Positions 34,607-43,669 of a stretch of 43,669 bases of DNA are shown here, one piece after another (within the stretch, counting starts at the first letter, position 1; each line of letters starts with the position of its first letter). This DNA comes from a virus (lineage: Duplodnaviria > Caudoviricetes), in IMG/VR virus record IMGVR_UViG_3300031627_000002, positions 1 to 43,669 of that record; one strand, given 5' to 3'. The notes under the pieces were generated by a model that did not search any database, was not told the DNA's origin, and worked only from the letters and a program-made list of their open reading frames with translations. The position numbers and the translations under genes are program-made.

Positions 34607-34922
34607 TTATATCACCATCGTCAAATGTGCTTACTTCAGCAACAATAACAAAATCACCTTCATCGGCAGCACCCATTCTATGAGGGGTTCCAGGGGGTAT
34701 ATGGGCGTACATTCCTGGGCTTAATTCATAAGTCACATTGTTTTTCTCGAAAATCATTGTTCCGTACAAGACTATTACTGTTTCTTCCTTGTATTGGTGG
34801 AATTGTAATGACATTCTTTGGCCACTTTCTATACGCATAATCTTCCCAGTATATTTCCCAGGAACGTTTGCCCAAATTAGTGTTGAACCCCAAGGGGAAT
34901 GTTTAGTATTACCCTCACTCAT
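34575..34922 (-). CDS. Cupin, mannose-6-phosphate isomerase (type II C-terminal)-like
   Basis: SPWG, GQRMSLQFHQYKEE, IPPGTPHR, EVST and DIIRIEDDYGR. Confidence 0.85.
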   Translation of the reverse strand: MSEGNTKHSPWGSTLIWANVPGKYTGKIMRIESGQRMSLQFHQYKEETVIVLYGTMIFEKNNVTYELSPGMYAHIPPGTPHRMGAADEGDFVIVAEVSTFDDGDIIRIEDDYGRT

Positions 34923-35952
34923 TAGCCGCTGTCTTTTCTATTGATGGCCAAAGCTTGCGTTCAAGTTTGTTCTGTTGAGGCTTTGCATGTACAGATTTAA
35001 TTACTTCTAAATCTTTAAGATTTGGGCTGACTAATTTAGGTAAAAGACCAGCCCTTGTACCACTTCCTGCATTACACCGATCACAAGGGCTAAATCCACG
35101 TTCTTTCTTCTGTAGGAACCTACGTGCAGCAGTAAACTCTGAACCCCACCAAATTTGCTTTAGGCTTCTTTCGTTAGCATTTCCGCAAGTATATTCATGA
35201 CCCCAATCCATACAGCAGATGTTTACGTTACCATTATAGCAAACGGTAATCTCCCTAAATGGCTGAGTACACGTTCTACTGTACGGCTGTTCAGGTATTG
35301 GTTGGTCAGCAGCATTTCCAGCGTGGTTCATCAATGTACGAGAACCACTCTCCCCAGACCTGATCCCTATGTCATCCATTACTATTATTAAGCCCGTCTT
35401 TTTACGGTGATAATTATAGTAAGGGGAAATCCCAGCAGGAATACAATCATCATAAAAATCCATTACTTCAAATCGAGTACATGACTTAGCAAGCTGCTGA
35501 AGCTTGGATCTTTCTGGCTCATATGTATCTAATATTATTATATCAATACCAGCGTCAAAGGCACGGACGGCGTAACCCTCCACTGCATTTTCATGTTTCT
35601 TTGATCGCATCCAATTGCGACCATTAGTTGTTAGTTGGAATTGTGTGTGTGGTAACTGTTCCCTAAAAATACCAACGATTTCTTCCCAATCTGGGTTTAG
35701 AGTAGGCTCGCCGTGCATGGCAAACTCAACCCTAGCCTTTGGGCAAAGTTCCTTTAATTGTAAAGCTACCTTTTTAGCCAAAGGGATGCTCATATAATGG
35801 TACGGCATCCCAGCTTTAGATCTAATTCCATTTAAACCACAGAATGAACAAAGCTTATTACAACCTTCTGTAAGCTCTAATTGTACAGACCATGGCGCAT
35901 GTAGACCCTCTCCCTTACCTTTGCCTATTTTCTTTTTTTTCAAAAACCCCAT
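34915..35952 (-). CDS. Radical SAM protein with SPASM/twitch domain
   Basis: CNKLCSFC, HGEPTL, TTNG; C-terminal CTQPF...GNVNICCMD...C..C. Confidence 0.88.
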   Translation of the reverse strand: MGFLKKKKIGKGKGEGLHAPWSVQLELTEGCNKLCSFCGLNGIRSKAGMPYHYMSIPLAKKVALQLKELCPKARVEFAMHGEPTLNPDWEEIVGIFREQLPHTQFQLTTNGRNWMRSKKHENAVEGYAVRAFDAGIDIIILDTYEPERSKLQQLAKSCTRFEVMDFYDDCIPAGISPYYNYHRKKTGLIIVMDDIGIRSGESGSRTLMNHAGNAADQPIPEQPYSRTCTQPFREITVCYNGNVNICCMDWGHEYTCGNANERSLKQIWWGSEFTAARRFLQKKERGFSPCDRCNAGSGTRAGLLPKLVSPNLKDLEVIKSVHAKPQQNKLERKLWPSIEKTAANE

Positions 35953-36665
35953 TAGATCGCCAACAAGATTTCATCTTTACGCTTAGGGTTGTCCTTCAAC
36001 ATTCCAGGCCACTTATCTTTTAATTGTTTGATTGTAGCTTGCTCTAGATCACTTGTTCTGTAGTCGCAAGCACCACCCTTGTTTGTACGATGAGCGAATG
36101 TAGCCAACACTGCATTGCACCTAGCAATAGAACCGTACTTCATTAAGTGTTGGATTGTATAATCATAGTCTTCTTTCAATCTTAGATCTTCATCGAACCG
36201 CAAACTTGTCGGCTTGACTGCTATAAAATCGCCCACAACGAAAGCACTTGTATGTACGGGCTTGTTTGGATTGAAAAAGAAAGCATTAGCAGTAGGGGCA
36301 ACACCAACCATTCGAGAACCAGTGCTGTCCAATGCTTTAAACATTAAGCGAACTGCATCATCAAGTGTAGCCTCATGTTTTTCAGCTTTATTTGTCGCAA
36401 TTTCTAATTTACGCAAGTCATCGCTCAATTCAATAGCAGGCAGATCCATTGCAAAAGAGTCATCTAAAATAGCATTACGGCTACGGCATAATCCACCAGA
36501 TTCAATAACTTTGGTGGCACCCATCATTTCGTATTGCTTTGCTTCGCCAGCCCCTACGTACCAAGTCAAAGGCCCGCACATCTTCTCCATTTTGGTTACA
36601 TTTTTAGCTCTCTTATGAGAGATCACGCCAATGAATACTTTCACACCGCCAATACGCCTAATCAT
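35952..36665 (-). CDS. GT-A fold glycosyltransferase (TET-associated/GREB1-like)
   Basis: ISHKRA, SRNAI, LSDD, KEDYDY and KGG pattern; directly downstream of a TET/JBP gene. Confidence 0.72.
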   Translation of the reverse strand: MIRRIGGVKVFIGVISHKRAKNVTKMEKMCGPLTWYVGAGEAKQYEMMGATKVIESGGLCRSRNAILDDSFAMDLPAIELSDDLRKLEIATNKAEKHEATLDDAVRLMFKALDSTGSRMVGVAPTANAFFFNPNKPVHTSAFVVGDFIAVKPTSLRFDEDLRLKEDYDYTIQHLMKYGSIARCNAVLATFAHRTNKGGACDYRTSDLEQATIKQLKDKWPGMLKDNPKRKDEILLAI

Positions 36666-37551
36666 TATTTTCTCCAGGTTCTAACAAGCCTCTGCTTTTA
36701 GCTTTTTCCAACTCGCCCAAAGGTGAATCACACCCAAGGATTCCTTCTCTATAATAATGGACAACTGTAATGCGTTCCCAGTCAACCTTTTCTTCACCCA
36801 CTGTAGCGTAAGGGGGTGTGTTCCCGTGCCAGACAACTGGATTGAAAACAACCACATCCCCATGCTTCATATCTATTGCAAACCTATACTCTGGAATGAC
36901 CAACTCAAAACCACTATATTCCCCTTTACGGAAACAAAGCATACAACCCATCCCATCCTTCAAATCTCCACCATCTTGGTGGTAAGCAGAAGGGACACAG
37001 TTATTGATTGTTAATGTTGTAAAGGGTGTCCCTGGGATTACCCAAGCTTGGTGTGTTTTTTCAACATAGGCCATTTGGTCTTTGTATTTATTTGGGGCAA
37101 CATCTTTGAATACTTTTGCTACCTCTCTCAAACAGGGCTGGATGGCATCCCACTTTTCAGGGTGGTGTTGTAAGAAGGCTGTTTGGCGGCAAAAAGGGTG
37201 GCGACCACCTTGCGCTTCAAAAAACCCAGCCACACAACTAGAAACATTACTAGTCCTCGTTTGGCGCGAAACAGTACCATCTGGACGAACATTGGGAACG
37301 CGAGACTCTCCAGCATATACGCCACGGTTATCGCTTTTAAAGCGCTTCATGTAATGGTAAGTTTCGTATGACTGATCTAAAGCTTCTTTAGATATAGCGC
37401 CCCTTCGGTACCCTATAATAAGTGTCCCATCAGGTGCATATACATCGCAAGATTCAGTCAGCACAAAAGAATAATGTTCTTTAGGGGGGTGCTTCCCTTT
37501 CCAGGGGCGTACTTGTTCTTCTGGAATCTTAGATCGGACAGCTATTCTCAT
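36658..37551 (-). CDS. TET/JBP-family 2OG-Fe(II) dioxygenase (DNA base oxidation)
   Basis: TPFTTLTIN, HQDGGD (HxD), WHGNTP and RITVVHYYRE, the hallmark arrangement of phage TET/JBP. Confidence 0.88.
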   Translation of the reverse strand: MRIAVRSKIPEEQVRPWKGKHPPKEHYSFVLTESCDVYAPDGTLIIGYRRGAISKEALDQSYETYHYMKRFKSDNRGVYAGESRVPNVRPDGTVSRQTRTSNVSSCVAGFFEAQGGRHPFCRQTAFLQHHPEKWDAIQPCLREVAKVFKDVAPNKYKDQMAYVEKTHQAWVIPGTPFTTLTINNCVPSAYHQDGGDLKDGMGCMLCFRKGEYSGFELVIPEYRFAIDMKHGDVVVFNPVVWHGNTPPYATVGEEKVDWERITVVHYYREGILGCDSPLGELEKAKSRGLLEPGENND

Positions 37552-38210
37552 TTAATATCACCCGCTGCCTCTTGAATTGTTTTGTATACAGTGTCGGTAA
37601 TATTATCTGTATCGTGCTTTTTAGAGAGGGTGTTTACCCACATTTGGAAAATTGGCGCTGTTTCTTCATTAAGGAAGAGCTGAACCATCCTAACACTGCT
37701 ATTCGGCATATCTTTAGGTTGTGTCCCATCTGGTATTTCTGGGCCAGTTTGCCCAACATACCCTTCTTCTGGAGGTAACATACTAAGGCTTTCTAGATCT
37801 GTCTCAAACTGAGAAAGCAACCCCTCAAGTTCTTCACCACTAAAACCTAGTGAGGTTGCATCAAATTCATCACCAAGGGCAGACAGGGCTTGAATATGGC
37901 TTGACAATACTTGTTCATCCCAACCAGCCAATTCGCCACTACGGTTTAGGGAGATTGATAGCTTACGTGCATCCTCATCAGAGACATCCAGTAAAACCAC
38001 CTGCACATGGGTATTCCCAAGCTTTTTCATTACACTAAGGCGACCATTTCCACCAATCACTTTCATGCTACTGGCTTGGACGACAAGTGGTTCAACCTGA
38101 CCATGGGCTTCCAAGGAAGCACTAATCGCCGCTAGGTTCTTCTCATCATGGACTCTTGGGTTTGCATCATCAGGGACAAGTTTCTTGATAGCAACATTTT
38201 GTACATTCAT
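37548..38210 (-). CDS. ParB/Srx N-terminal-domain protein
   Basis: NPRVH, SLEAHGQVEPLVV, IGGNGRL and LNR..GWD. Confidence 0.82.
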   Translation of the reverse strand: MNVQNVAIKKLVPDDANPRVHDEKNLAAISASLEAHGQVEPLVVQASSMKVIGGNGRLSVMKKLGNTHVQVVLLDVSDEDARKLSISLNRSGELAGWDEQVLSSHIQALSALGDEFDATSLGFSGEELEGLLSQFETDLESLSMLPPEEGYVGQTGPEIPDGTQPKDMPNSSVRMVQLFLNEETAPIFQMWVNTLSKKHDTDNITDTVYKTIQEAAGDIK

Positions 38211-38217
38211 TATTTAC

Positions 38218-38496
38218 TCACATTAGATAGTTAGAGAAAAGTTTTGCTGCGATAGAGCCGACAAAGACCCCACCAATTGCACCAAACATAACCAATTTCG
38301 CGGTAAGCTTTGCGATATGGTGGGAATATTCTGGTGGAGATAGCACGAAAGCGATCTCTGGCGAACCAGATCTTTCTACTACAAAATGCGATACAATTAC
38401 CCACCCTTTTTCTAAAAGGGATGCTAGTGCTGGATCTTGCAAAGCCCTTTTAGGATTTTCAAGGGACATAAAGTGAACAGTCATTCTGTCTGCCAT
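38218..38496 (-). CDS. Hypothetical protein with C-terminal TM helix
   Basis: 92 aa, coupled to the upstream gene. Confidence 0.65.
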   Translation of the reverse strand: MADRMTVHFMSLENPKRALQDPALASLLEKGWVIVSHFVVERSGSPEIAFVLSPPEYSHHIAKLTAKLVMFGAIGGVFVGSIAAKLFSNYLM

Positions 38497-38756
38497 TAGA
38501 GTGCCCTTCTTGAACGGACCAAACTTTTTCCAAATACAGCAGAACGGATACGCCCATCGAAATGGAAAAACCCTACGCGTTCATTTGGGAATCTTGCTTG
38601 ATGTCTTTTTACAATTTTTCTAAAAGACGCTAAATCTACACTATCCATTTCAGACCAGTCTGCCTCTTTTACTATTGTCCCTTTCTTTAAGATGGTTGTA
38701 TCTTTGCTAGATCCATCTTTGTAAAAAAGAATATCTTGTATCAATTTATAAGGCAC
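38496..38756 (-). CDS. Hypothetical protein
   Basis: 86 aa, overlapping neighbours. Confidence 0.65.
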   Translation of the reverse strand: MPYKLIQDILFYKDGSSKDTTILKKGTIVKEADWSEMDSVDLASFRKIVKRHQARFPNERVGFFHFDGRIRSAVFGKSLVRSRRAL

Positions 38757-39618
38757 CTAAAGCCTCTCTTTCAACAGACATAGTTATTGCATTCTTGATA
38801 ACATCACCGTTCAACTCGAATGAAAAGTCCTCAGAGTAATCCGAGGCTTTAGCTTCTAACTGATTGCTTGCATACATTTGGCCCATTGTTTCAATCAAAT
38901 CGTGCCAACTAGCATTTTTGCCAACGCTTACCATCGCTAATTTGTAAGACTTTAGTAGCTGGTCAAATTGAAAACCTTCTTGGGGTACTACATTTACTGT
39001 AGACAAAAGCTTATAAGGGGACTCAAGCGTTACACTTCCTTCTATTAAATCTAAGCTTAAAGTCCTATCTGTTTCGTCAGTTACTATTCCGCAATGCTGT
39101 TCTTCACCAGATTCTACTAAAGCTACCTTACCTATAATCTGGCTCTTAAATTCACCTGAGATCTCGTTTCCAAAAACAGACAGTTGGTGGCTAGACAACT
39201 TTATTACGATTATTTCATCCAGCTTGTAAACCATTGCACTGGCAGCATGAGGAAGAAGCCCGTGTAGTCTGAATCGAACAATTAGTGAAGAGTCTTGTCC
39301 GTTAATATTTACGACGCAGTGCCTAATATCACTATGCCCACTGGCGATTTTTTCTTGTGTGTTCCCATCGTCTATAACTACATGGACGAGATCGTAGCCG
39401 CTTGTTGATTTTACAGATCCCTTAGATCCGTCTTGACCAGCGTGCCAAGCCTGAAGAGATCCTGGGACGTACTCATTAGCTATAGAAGCATCTTCTTCAC
39501 AGGTAATATTGAATGAAACATCAATATCCCAAGAGATATCACCAGTAGCATCTTTACGTGGAACTGCTCGGCACAACCTACCATCAGCAGATGTAGGTAA
39601 CTCTTTTAGACATAACAT
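38746..39618 (-). CDS. Hypothetical protein
   Basis: 290 aa; AGGAG RBS. Confidence 0.75.
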   Translation of the reverse strand: MLCLKELPTSADGRLCRAVPRKDATGDISWDIDVSFNITCEEDASIANEYVPGSLQAWHAGQDGSKGSVKSTSGYDLVHVVIDDGNTQEKIASGHSDIRHCVVNINGQDSSLIVRFRLHGLLPHAASAMVYKLDEIIVIKLSSHQLSVFGNEISGEFKSQIIGKVALVESGEEQHCGIVTDETDRTLSLDLIEGSVTLESPYKLLSTVNVVPQEGFQFDQLLKSYKLAMVSVGKNASWHDLIETMGQMYASNQLEAKASDYSEDFSFELNGDVIKNAITMSVEREALGAL

Positions 39619-39703
39619 TAGCTTTCTCCTACTTGCTTTTAGGGTGGGCAGCTTAAAAGCGCACCTATAGCCCTACTATTAAGTGAAGATAACTTGTCTT
39701 TAA

Positions 39704-39979
39704 TTAATCTTCACGACGAGCATTTCTTTGGCATTTAGAAAACAATTCTGTAATCAGGTTGAAGCTAAGTGCCATAGACTCTAAATCTCGCGTAGCTTCT
39801 TCCGCTTGCACTTTAGCTAAGGCTAGTTCTGTATCTGGGTCTGGGCACGTATGGTTTAATTTCATATTCATACCCATACCGCCGAGCGCACCGCCCCCTG
39901 AAAGGTAAACAAAAACGAGCGCCCAAGGTGGCAGCTTAGAGAGTGGGTTTGTAAAAGATGATTGTTCATCAGTCGCCAT
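39704..39979 (-). CDS. Membrane protein in lysis region
   Basis: Start MATDEQ; one TM segment and a coiled coil. Confidence 0.6.
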   Translation of the reverse strand: MATDEQSSFTNPLSKLPPWALVFVYLSGGGALGGMGMNMKLNHTCPDPDTELALAKVQAEEATRDLESMALSFNLITELFSKCQRNARRED

Positions 39980-40385
39980 TGGCCCCCCCTTGGTAGATTC
40001 CAAAAGCGGCCAACCCTAATAAAACACCTGCTAAAACACCCTCACCCCTACCAACCCATCTATTGAAAGATGGTTGTTCTGTTAGCGGGATTGGCCTTTG
40101 CAACTCTTCTAACAATAGGTCATTTTCTGATTTCATCGTAGCAATATCTACAGAGCATACGGTATACAGCTCTTCACTATATGCTTGCATATCCATAAAA
40201 TCTGCCGCAACAGAGGTTGGGAAGCACACAGCGCCGCATACACCCTCACCGCTTAAGGACAAGCTTCTTGGGAGGGGTGCGCCCCTTGCAACAGCGGAAG
40301 CATTTGCGCATTGGTCAGCCAGTGGATCGCGCCTGATAGGGGCTTCTGGGATGACTAGAAAAATAGCGCCTATGGATAAGAACAT
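39969..40385 (-). CDS. Membrane protein in lysis region (spanin-like candidate)
   Basis: N- and C-terminal hydrophobic segments; downstream of the holin. Confidence 0.55.
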   Translation of the reverse strand: MFLSIGAIFLVIPEAPIRRDPLADQCANASAVARGAPLPRSLSLSGEGVCGAVCFPTSVAADFMDMQAYSEELYTVCSVDIATMKSENDLLLEELQRPIPLTEQPSFNRWVGRGEGVLAGVLLGLAAFGIYQGGANGD

Positions 40386-40651
40386 TAACTATTCTCCTTA
40401 TTCCAGAGGGCAGCAATGTCGTGTTCTGGTGTTTCGCTAATGGTTGCTTCAGCTATAGCCTCATGTACAACAGTTGCTTGCGCTGATGCTATAGCTTTCT
40501 CATTTGCCGCCTGTTGTTCAGCAGCACGCCTTTCAATGCTTGGTATGGGCTTTGCTTTGTGATTAGCAAAAAGGGCGCTGACTGCTTTTATTAGGGCCAT
40601 TAAGCCCCCAGCAGCCAGCGCTCCGATGGCGAGTAGTACGCCTTCTTGCAT
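40385..40651 (-). CDS. Membrane-anchored helical protein (i-spanin-like candidate)
   Basis: Start MQEGVLL; N-terminal TM followed by an Ala-rich helix. Confidence 0.55.
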   Translation of the reverse strand: MQEGVLLAIGALAAGGLMALIKAVSALFANHKAKPIPSIERRAAEQQAANEKAIASAQATVVHEAIAEATISETPEHDIAALWNKENS

Positions 40652-40652
40652 T

Positions 40653-40895
40653 CTACTCAGCCTCTTCTGCTTTTTCTTCAACCGCAGGGGCTTCCTCTTG
40701 CGGAGTTTCCTCTTGCAGGGCTTCCTCTTCAACAACTGGTGAAGGCTCAGTCTCTTCTTGAGAAAGCTCATCACTTCCACCAAGGTTCAGTTGTGAAAAT
40801 AGTGTTGCAGCAGCAATAAGCAAAATTGACACCCAAATGGTTGCCGAATGCTTTTTGGCATCTAGTTTCTTTAATATTCCTTTCAATCTACTCAT
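40653..40895 (-). CDS. Small membrane protein with acidic tail
   Basis: One TM segment plus a Glu-rich C-terminus. Confidence 0.65.
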   Translation of the reverse strand: MSRLKGILKKLDAKKHSATIWVSILLIAAATLFSQLNLGGSDELSQEETEPSPVVEEEALQEETPQEEAPAVEEKAEEAE

Positions 40896-40919
40896 AATTT
40901 CTCCCCGTTGAGAAAATAA

Positions 40920-41129
40920 TTACTCTTCCATTGGCTGTTCAGGCACAACGCCTTCTACAGCTTTGCCGTCTACATACCCTTGACCAAACAAGTAGGCAGC
41001 AACGACCCCTGCGCTAAGTTGAAGAGCTTCACTTAGTTCAACCTCAGTGCTAAAATATTGAGCAATAATTGGAAGCACGGCACCAAGCAGTGCGAACCAA
41101 AACTTACGACTTTTGAGTTTATCTGGCAT
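40920..41129 (-). CDS. Holin
   Basis: KLKSRKFW start, two TM helices and AYLFGQGYVD; adjacent to the endolysin candidate. Confidence 0.75.
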   Translation of the reverse strand: MPDKLKSRKFWFALLGAVLPIIAQYFSTEVELSEALQLSAGVVAAYLFGQGYVDGKAVEGVVPEQPMEE

Positions 41130-41141
41130 TATTCTCTCCTC

Positions 41142-41744
41142 TTACCACCACTGATCTAGTAGGGTGTATGTTATCTTCTTCCACGTTGGGTGGTGGCTTA
41201 TTTGCAATGCAACTAACGACATCATTTCCAAGTGACCTTTTTCTGTTGCGTGGACTTGGCAACCAGCGGACCATTTTCCAACCCGCGTACTTGCTTTTCC
41301 TGCTTTATGGATATTGCATCCAAAATAGCCTTCTTGTACTGAAGATTCATTCATGTCTAATACAGAGTCTCTGTTTGAATCCCTGTAAACCTTTATTTCT
41401 CCACCTGTCTGGACTAAGGCTAGGTATTTACCTCTATGGAGGCCAACTTCATAAACACCTTTATATTGTCCAGGCTTATAAATAGCAGTGCCAAGCTCTG
41501 TCCCGTAAACGGTTGGATTGTTTAAGCAGAAGGCCCCTGGATCAGTAGTGGCTGGCCAGTAGTTGACATACCAACCACCACCTTCTTCTATTTTGTATGC
41601 ACACCCCAGCAGGTCATCAAATTGATCTGATTGGCGGTTTTTGCCTCGGATTCCAAATAAGTTGAGGTTGTATACGCCAGACGTAAATGTGCGGAAACCT
41701 AGGGATTCTATTTGCTGTAAGACTGGAGGCATTTGGTATGCCAT
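41142..41744 (-). CDS. Putative endolysin (YkuD/L,D-transpeptidase-like H...SxGC fold)
   Basis: TTDPG, GCNIHKAG...WSAGCQV and YTLL; next to the holin. Confidence 0.65.
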   Translation of the reverse strand: MAYQMPPVLQQIESLGFRTFTSGVYNLNLFGIRGKNRQSDQFDDLLGCAYKIEEGGGWYVNYWPATTDPGAFCLNNPTVYGTELGTAIYKPGQYKGVYEVGLHRGKYLALVQTGGEIKVYRDSNRDSVLDMNESSVQEGYFGCNIHKAGKASTRVGKWSAGCQVHATEKGHLEMMSLVALQISHHPTWKKITYTLLDQWW

Positions 41745-41779
41745 AATTCACCAATGTGAAAGATAAAGCTGACTATGGG

Positions 41780-41956
41780 CTAAACTTTAGAGGTTATAAC
41801 CTTTTTATCGCTAAAGGTATAGTATTGCCCGTCTAATACGACATGACCATTTGCCCGATTAGACTTGCAGTGAAGCACTTCTGCTTTAGCATCAACTACT
41901 TCCTTCTTTGCCGCCGTTAGAAGTTCTATTAGTCTTTTTCGATCATTGATCTGCAT
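41780..41956 (-). CDS. Small hypothetical protein (58 aa), not in ORF track
   Basis: Manual translation MQINDRKRLIELL...SKV*; TAATG coupling. Confidence 0.5.
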   Translation of the reverse strand: MQINDRKRLIELLTAAKKEVVDAKAEVLHCKSNRANGHVVLDGQYYTFSDKKVITSKV

Positions 41957-42267
41957 TACCTTGCCCCCATTTCTCGAATATCTTCAGCCAATACTGTAAG
42001 GATAGTCTCTAACGCTTGGAGTTTTTGTTCAATTCTTATCAGAGCATTTTCATCTGCTCTTTGTAGGGTTTCAACCTTACTTAATCTTTCAAGGGCGTTT
42101 GCCCCTTCTATTCTATCACGAAAAGAACGCAATAAAACCAATTGTTCATCGGCTTTTTGGAGGGAGGCTTTAGTATCGTCTTTAGATCTTCGTACTACGT
42201 GATCTAGCCCGACGAGTGCGCTTAGCCCGAGAGCTATGAATGACACTATTACTTGCATTTGCTCCAT
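41956..42267 (-). CDS. Membrane-anchored coiled-coil protein
   Basis: Start MEQMQ; N-terminal TM segment. Confidence 0.65.
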   Translation of the reverse strand: MEQMQVIVSFIALGLSALVGLDHVVRRSKDDTKASLQKADEQLVLLRSFRDRIEGANALERLSKVETLQRADENALIRIEQKLQALETILTVLAEDIREMGAR

Positions 42268-42628
42268 TTTCTGTTCGCTCCCCAGCAATTTGTTTTTCTA
42301 CAGAATCAGTTGGAACACAATTTTCCGCTTCTTCTTGAATTGGTTTAGAAATTGGCGCTTCTTGCGCTTTTTCTTCTTGAACGACTATAGGCTGACTTTC
42401 TTCGGCTGTCTCTATCTTCTCTTCTTCATTCCCCTCTGCCATATAGGAGATTTCTTCACGTTTGATAGCCAACGTATCAATAGTAACGGCAGGGAATGAC
42501 GATTCAGCCATTCCCTGCACATTATATAATACTAGGTGCGAAGGGAGTAATTGGTGTTCACCAACCCTTTCAGCACACACAGTAGCGGTTCCGTCTGGGG
42601 AATCCCATCGCACTAGTATTTTTCGCAT
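42182..42628 (-). CDS. Hypothetical protein
   Basis: 148 aa, TAATG-coupled to the structural gene. Confidence 0.6.
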   Translation of the reverse strand: MRKILVRWDSPDGTATVCAERVGEHQLLPSHLVLYNVQGMAESSFPAVTIDTLAIKREEISYMAEGNEEEKIETAEESQPIVVQEEKAQEAPISKPIQEEAENCVPTDSVEKQIAGERTENGANASNSVIHSSRAKRTRRARSRSTKI

Positions 42629-43668
42629 TAGGCTAAGTACGTCACATAAAGTACGTCGCCAGACTCAGGTGCAGCACCAAAGGTAACTTGAGTAGCCGCC
42701 CCAGTATCTGCTACTTGGAACTCATCTACATCGTCAGCACCAGAAGCAAGCTGAGTAAGAGCCTGCCCGTTACGGAACACAGTAGCAACGCGCCAGTTAG
42801 CATCCAAGATGCGGAACCCAAGGTTGAATACAGTTGCCACACCATCACCAGAGAATTCTTGGTAACGAGGACGCCAGCTTAGCATTTGGGTATCAACAGC
42901 ATTTTGCTGAATGGTCACAGCACCACTAGATGCCATCGCAACATCACCACTAATAGCTACAGGATTGTAGTTAGTACCGTCAGCCACAAGCATGTGTCCA
43001 GAAGTGTTTGTGGTCATCGTGATGTCATCACCAGTAATGGTAAGGTCACCAGCAACAGTTACGTTTGCACCGCTCAAGGTAAGTGCTGTAACACCAGTGC
43101 TAGACTTAATAGCGTTACCATTCAACTGAATAGAGCTAGTGGCAATGTTTCCAGCACCATCTAATGTGATAGCTGGGTTGTTAGCAGAATCTAGGATTGC
43201 ATTTGCAGTGACCTTGATTTTACCAGTAAACACGGCAACATCATCAGACTGAGTACCGATGACGAAATCGCCACCCATATCAACATTCAGGATAGTTGCT
43301 GCCGTGATGCTACCACCAAGGCTGGTATCTGTTCCAGCAATGGTAATACCGTCGTTGGCAAGCTTACTATTAGCAATAGAGCCAGCCAAGTCAGTGTTGA
43401 GGATAGCTCCACCAAGAACCAACTTGCCGTAAGCAATGCTTCCAGCCAAGTCAGCGTTAGTGATAGAGTTATTCAACGACAGCTTGCTGTAAGCAATAGC
43501 AGCAGAAGCGTTGATGTCAGCATTGACAACAGTTCCGTCAAGAATCATAGCAGAAGTAATTCCGCTTGCCTTTACTCGAAGATTATCTCCATCAATTTCC
43601 AACGATGAGCCATCAACATTGACGCTAAGAGTGTTTCCTGATTTAGCAAGTCCAGCGCCAGCAACTAT
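42628..43668 (-). CDS. Virion structural/tail-fibre-like protein, 5'-truncated by window edge
   Basis: Frame is open to the window end (IVAGAGLAKSGNTL...). Contains repeats ASAAIAYSKL / AGSIAYGKL / AGSIANSKL and a beta-rich C-terminal domain. Confidence 0.75.
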   Translation of the reverse strand: MVAGAGLAKSGNTLSVNVDGSSLEIDGDNLRVKASGITSAMILDGTVVNADINASAAIAYSKLSLNNSITNADLAGSIAYGKLVLGGAILNTDLAGSIANSKLANDGITIAGTDTSLGGSITAATILNVDMGGDFVIGTQSDDVAVFTGKIKVTANAILDSANNPAITLDGAGNIATSSIQLNGNAIKSSTGVTALTLSGANVTVAGDLTITGDDITMTTNTSGHMLVADGTNYNPVAISGDVAMASSGAVTIQQNAVDTQMLSWRPRYQEFSGDGVATVFNLGFRILDANWRVATVFRNGQALTQLASGADDVDEFQVADTGAATQVTFGAAPESGDVLYVTYLA

Positions 43669-43669
43669 C

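Noticed and set aside
1-43669. Stop-codon reassignment, tRNAs, reverse transcriptase/DGR, integrase
   Set aside because: Long genes are intact in code 11 and all three stop codons are used. No cloverleaf, RT (YxDD in context) or recombinase motifs were recognised.

Overview
This window is a fragment of a lytic-looking dsDNA tailed-phage genome, with almost all genes on the minus strand. No integrase, tRNA, rRNA or CRISPR array was seen. From left to right it contains: (1) a 5'-truncated phage Dam-type adenine methyltransferase; (2) a repeat-rich, gene-poor region at ~1.5-7.7 kb that may be a terminus, early or origin region; (3) a long array of small early genes driven by a repeated sigma70-like promoter and joined by a repeated GGAGGTGAGTGATG stop/start junction; (4) RecU, HTH, sigma factor, RmlC epimerase and a vWA/MoxR module; (5) a replication/recombination module (primase-helicase, SSB-like, Sak4/AAA_24-like, PD-(D/E)XK nuclease, SF2 helicase); (6) a putative DNA-hypermodification operon (ParB-like, TET/JBP dioxygenase, glycosyltransferase, radical SAM, cupin); (7) lysis genes and a truncated virion structural gene. 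The most striking signal is a ~1.5 kb island (1508-3036) where GA/TC dinucleotides occur essentially only inside GATC. The island contains a gene encoding a protein with no Glu, whose every Asp is followed by a C-starting codon. An unconstrained paralog of that gene lies at 7711-8277. All product calls come from motif recognition by eye, not from database searches.
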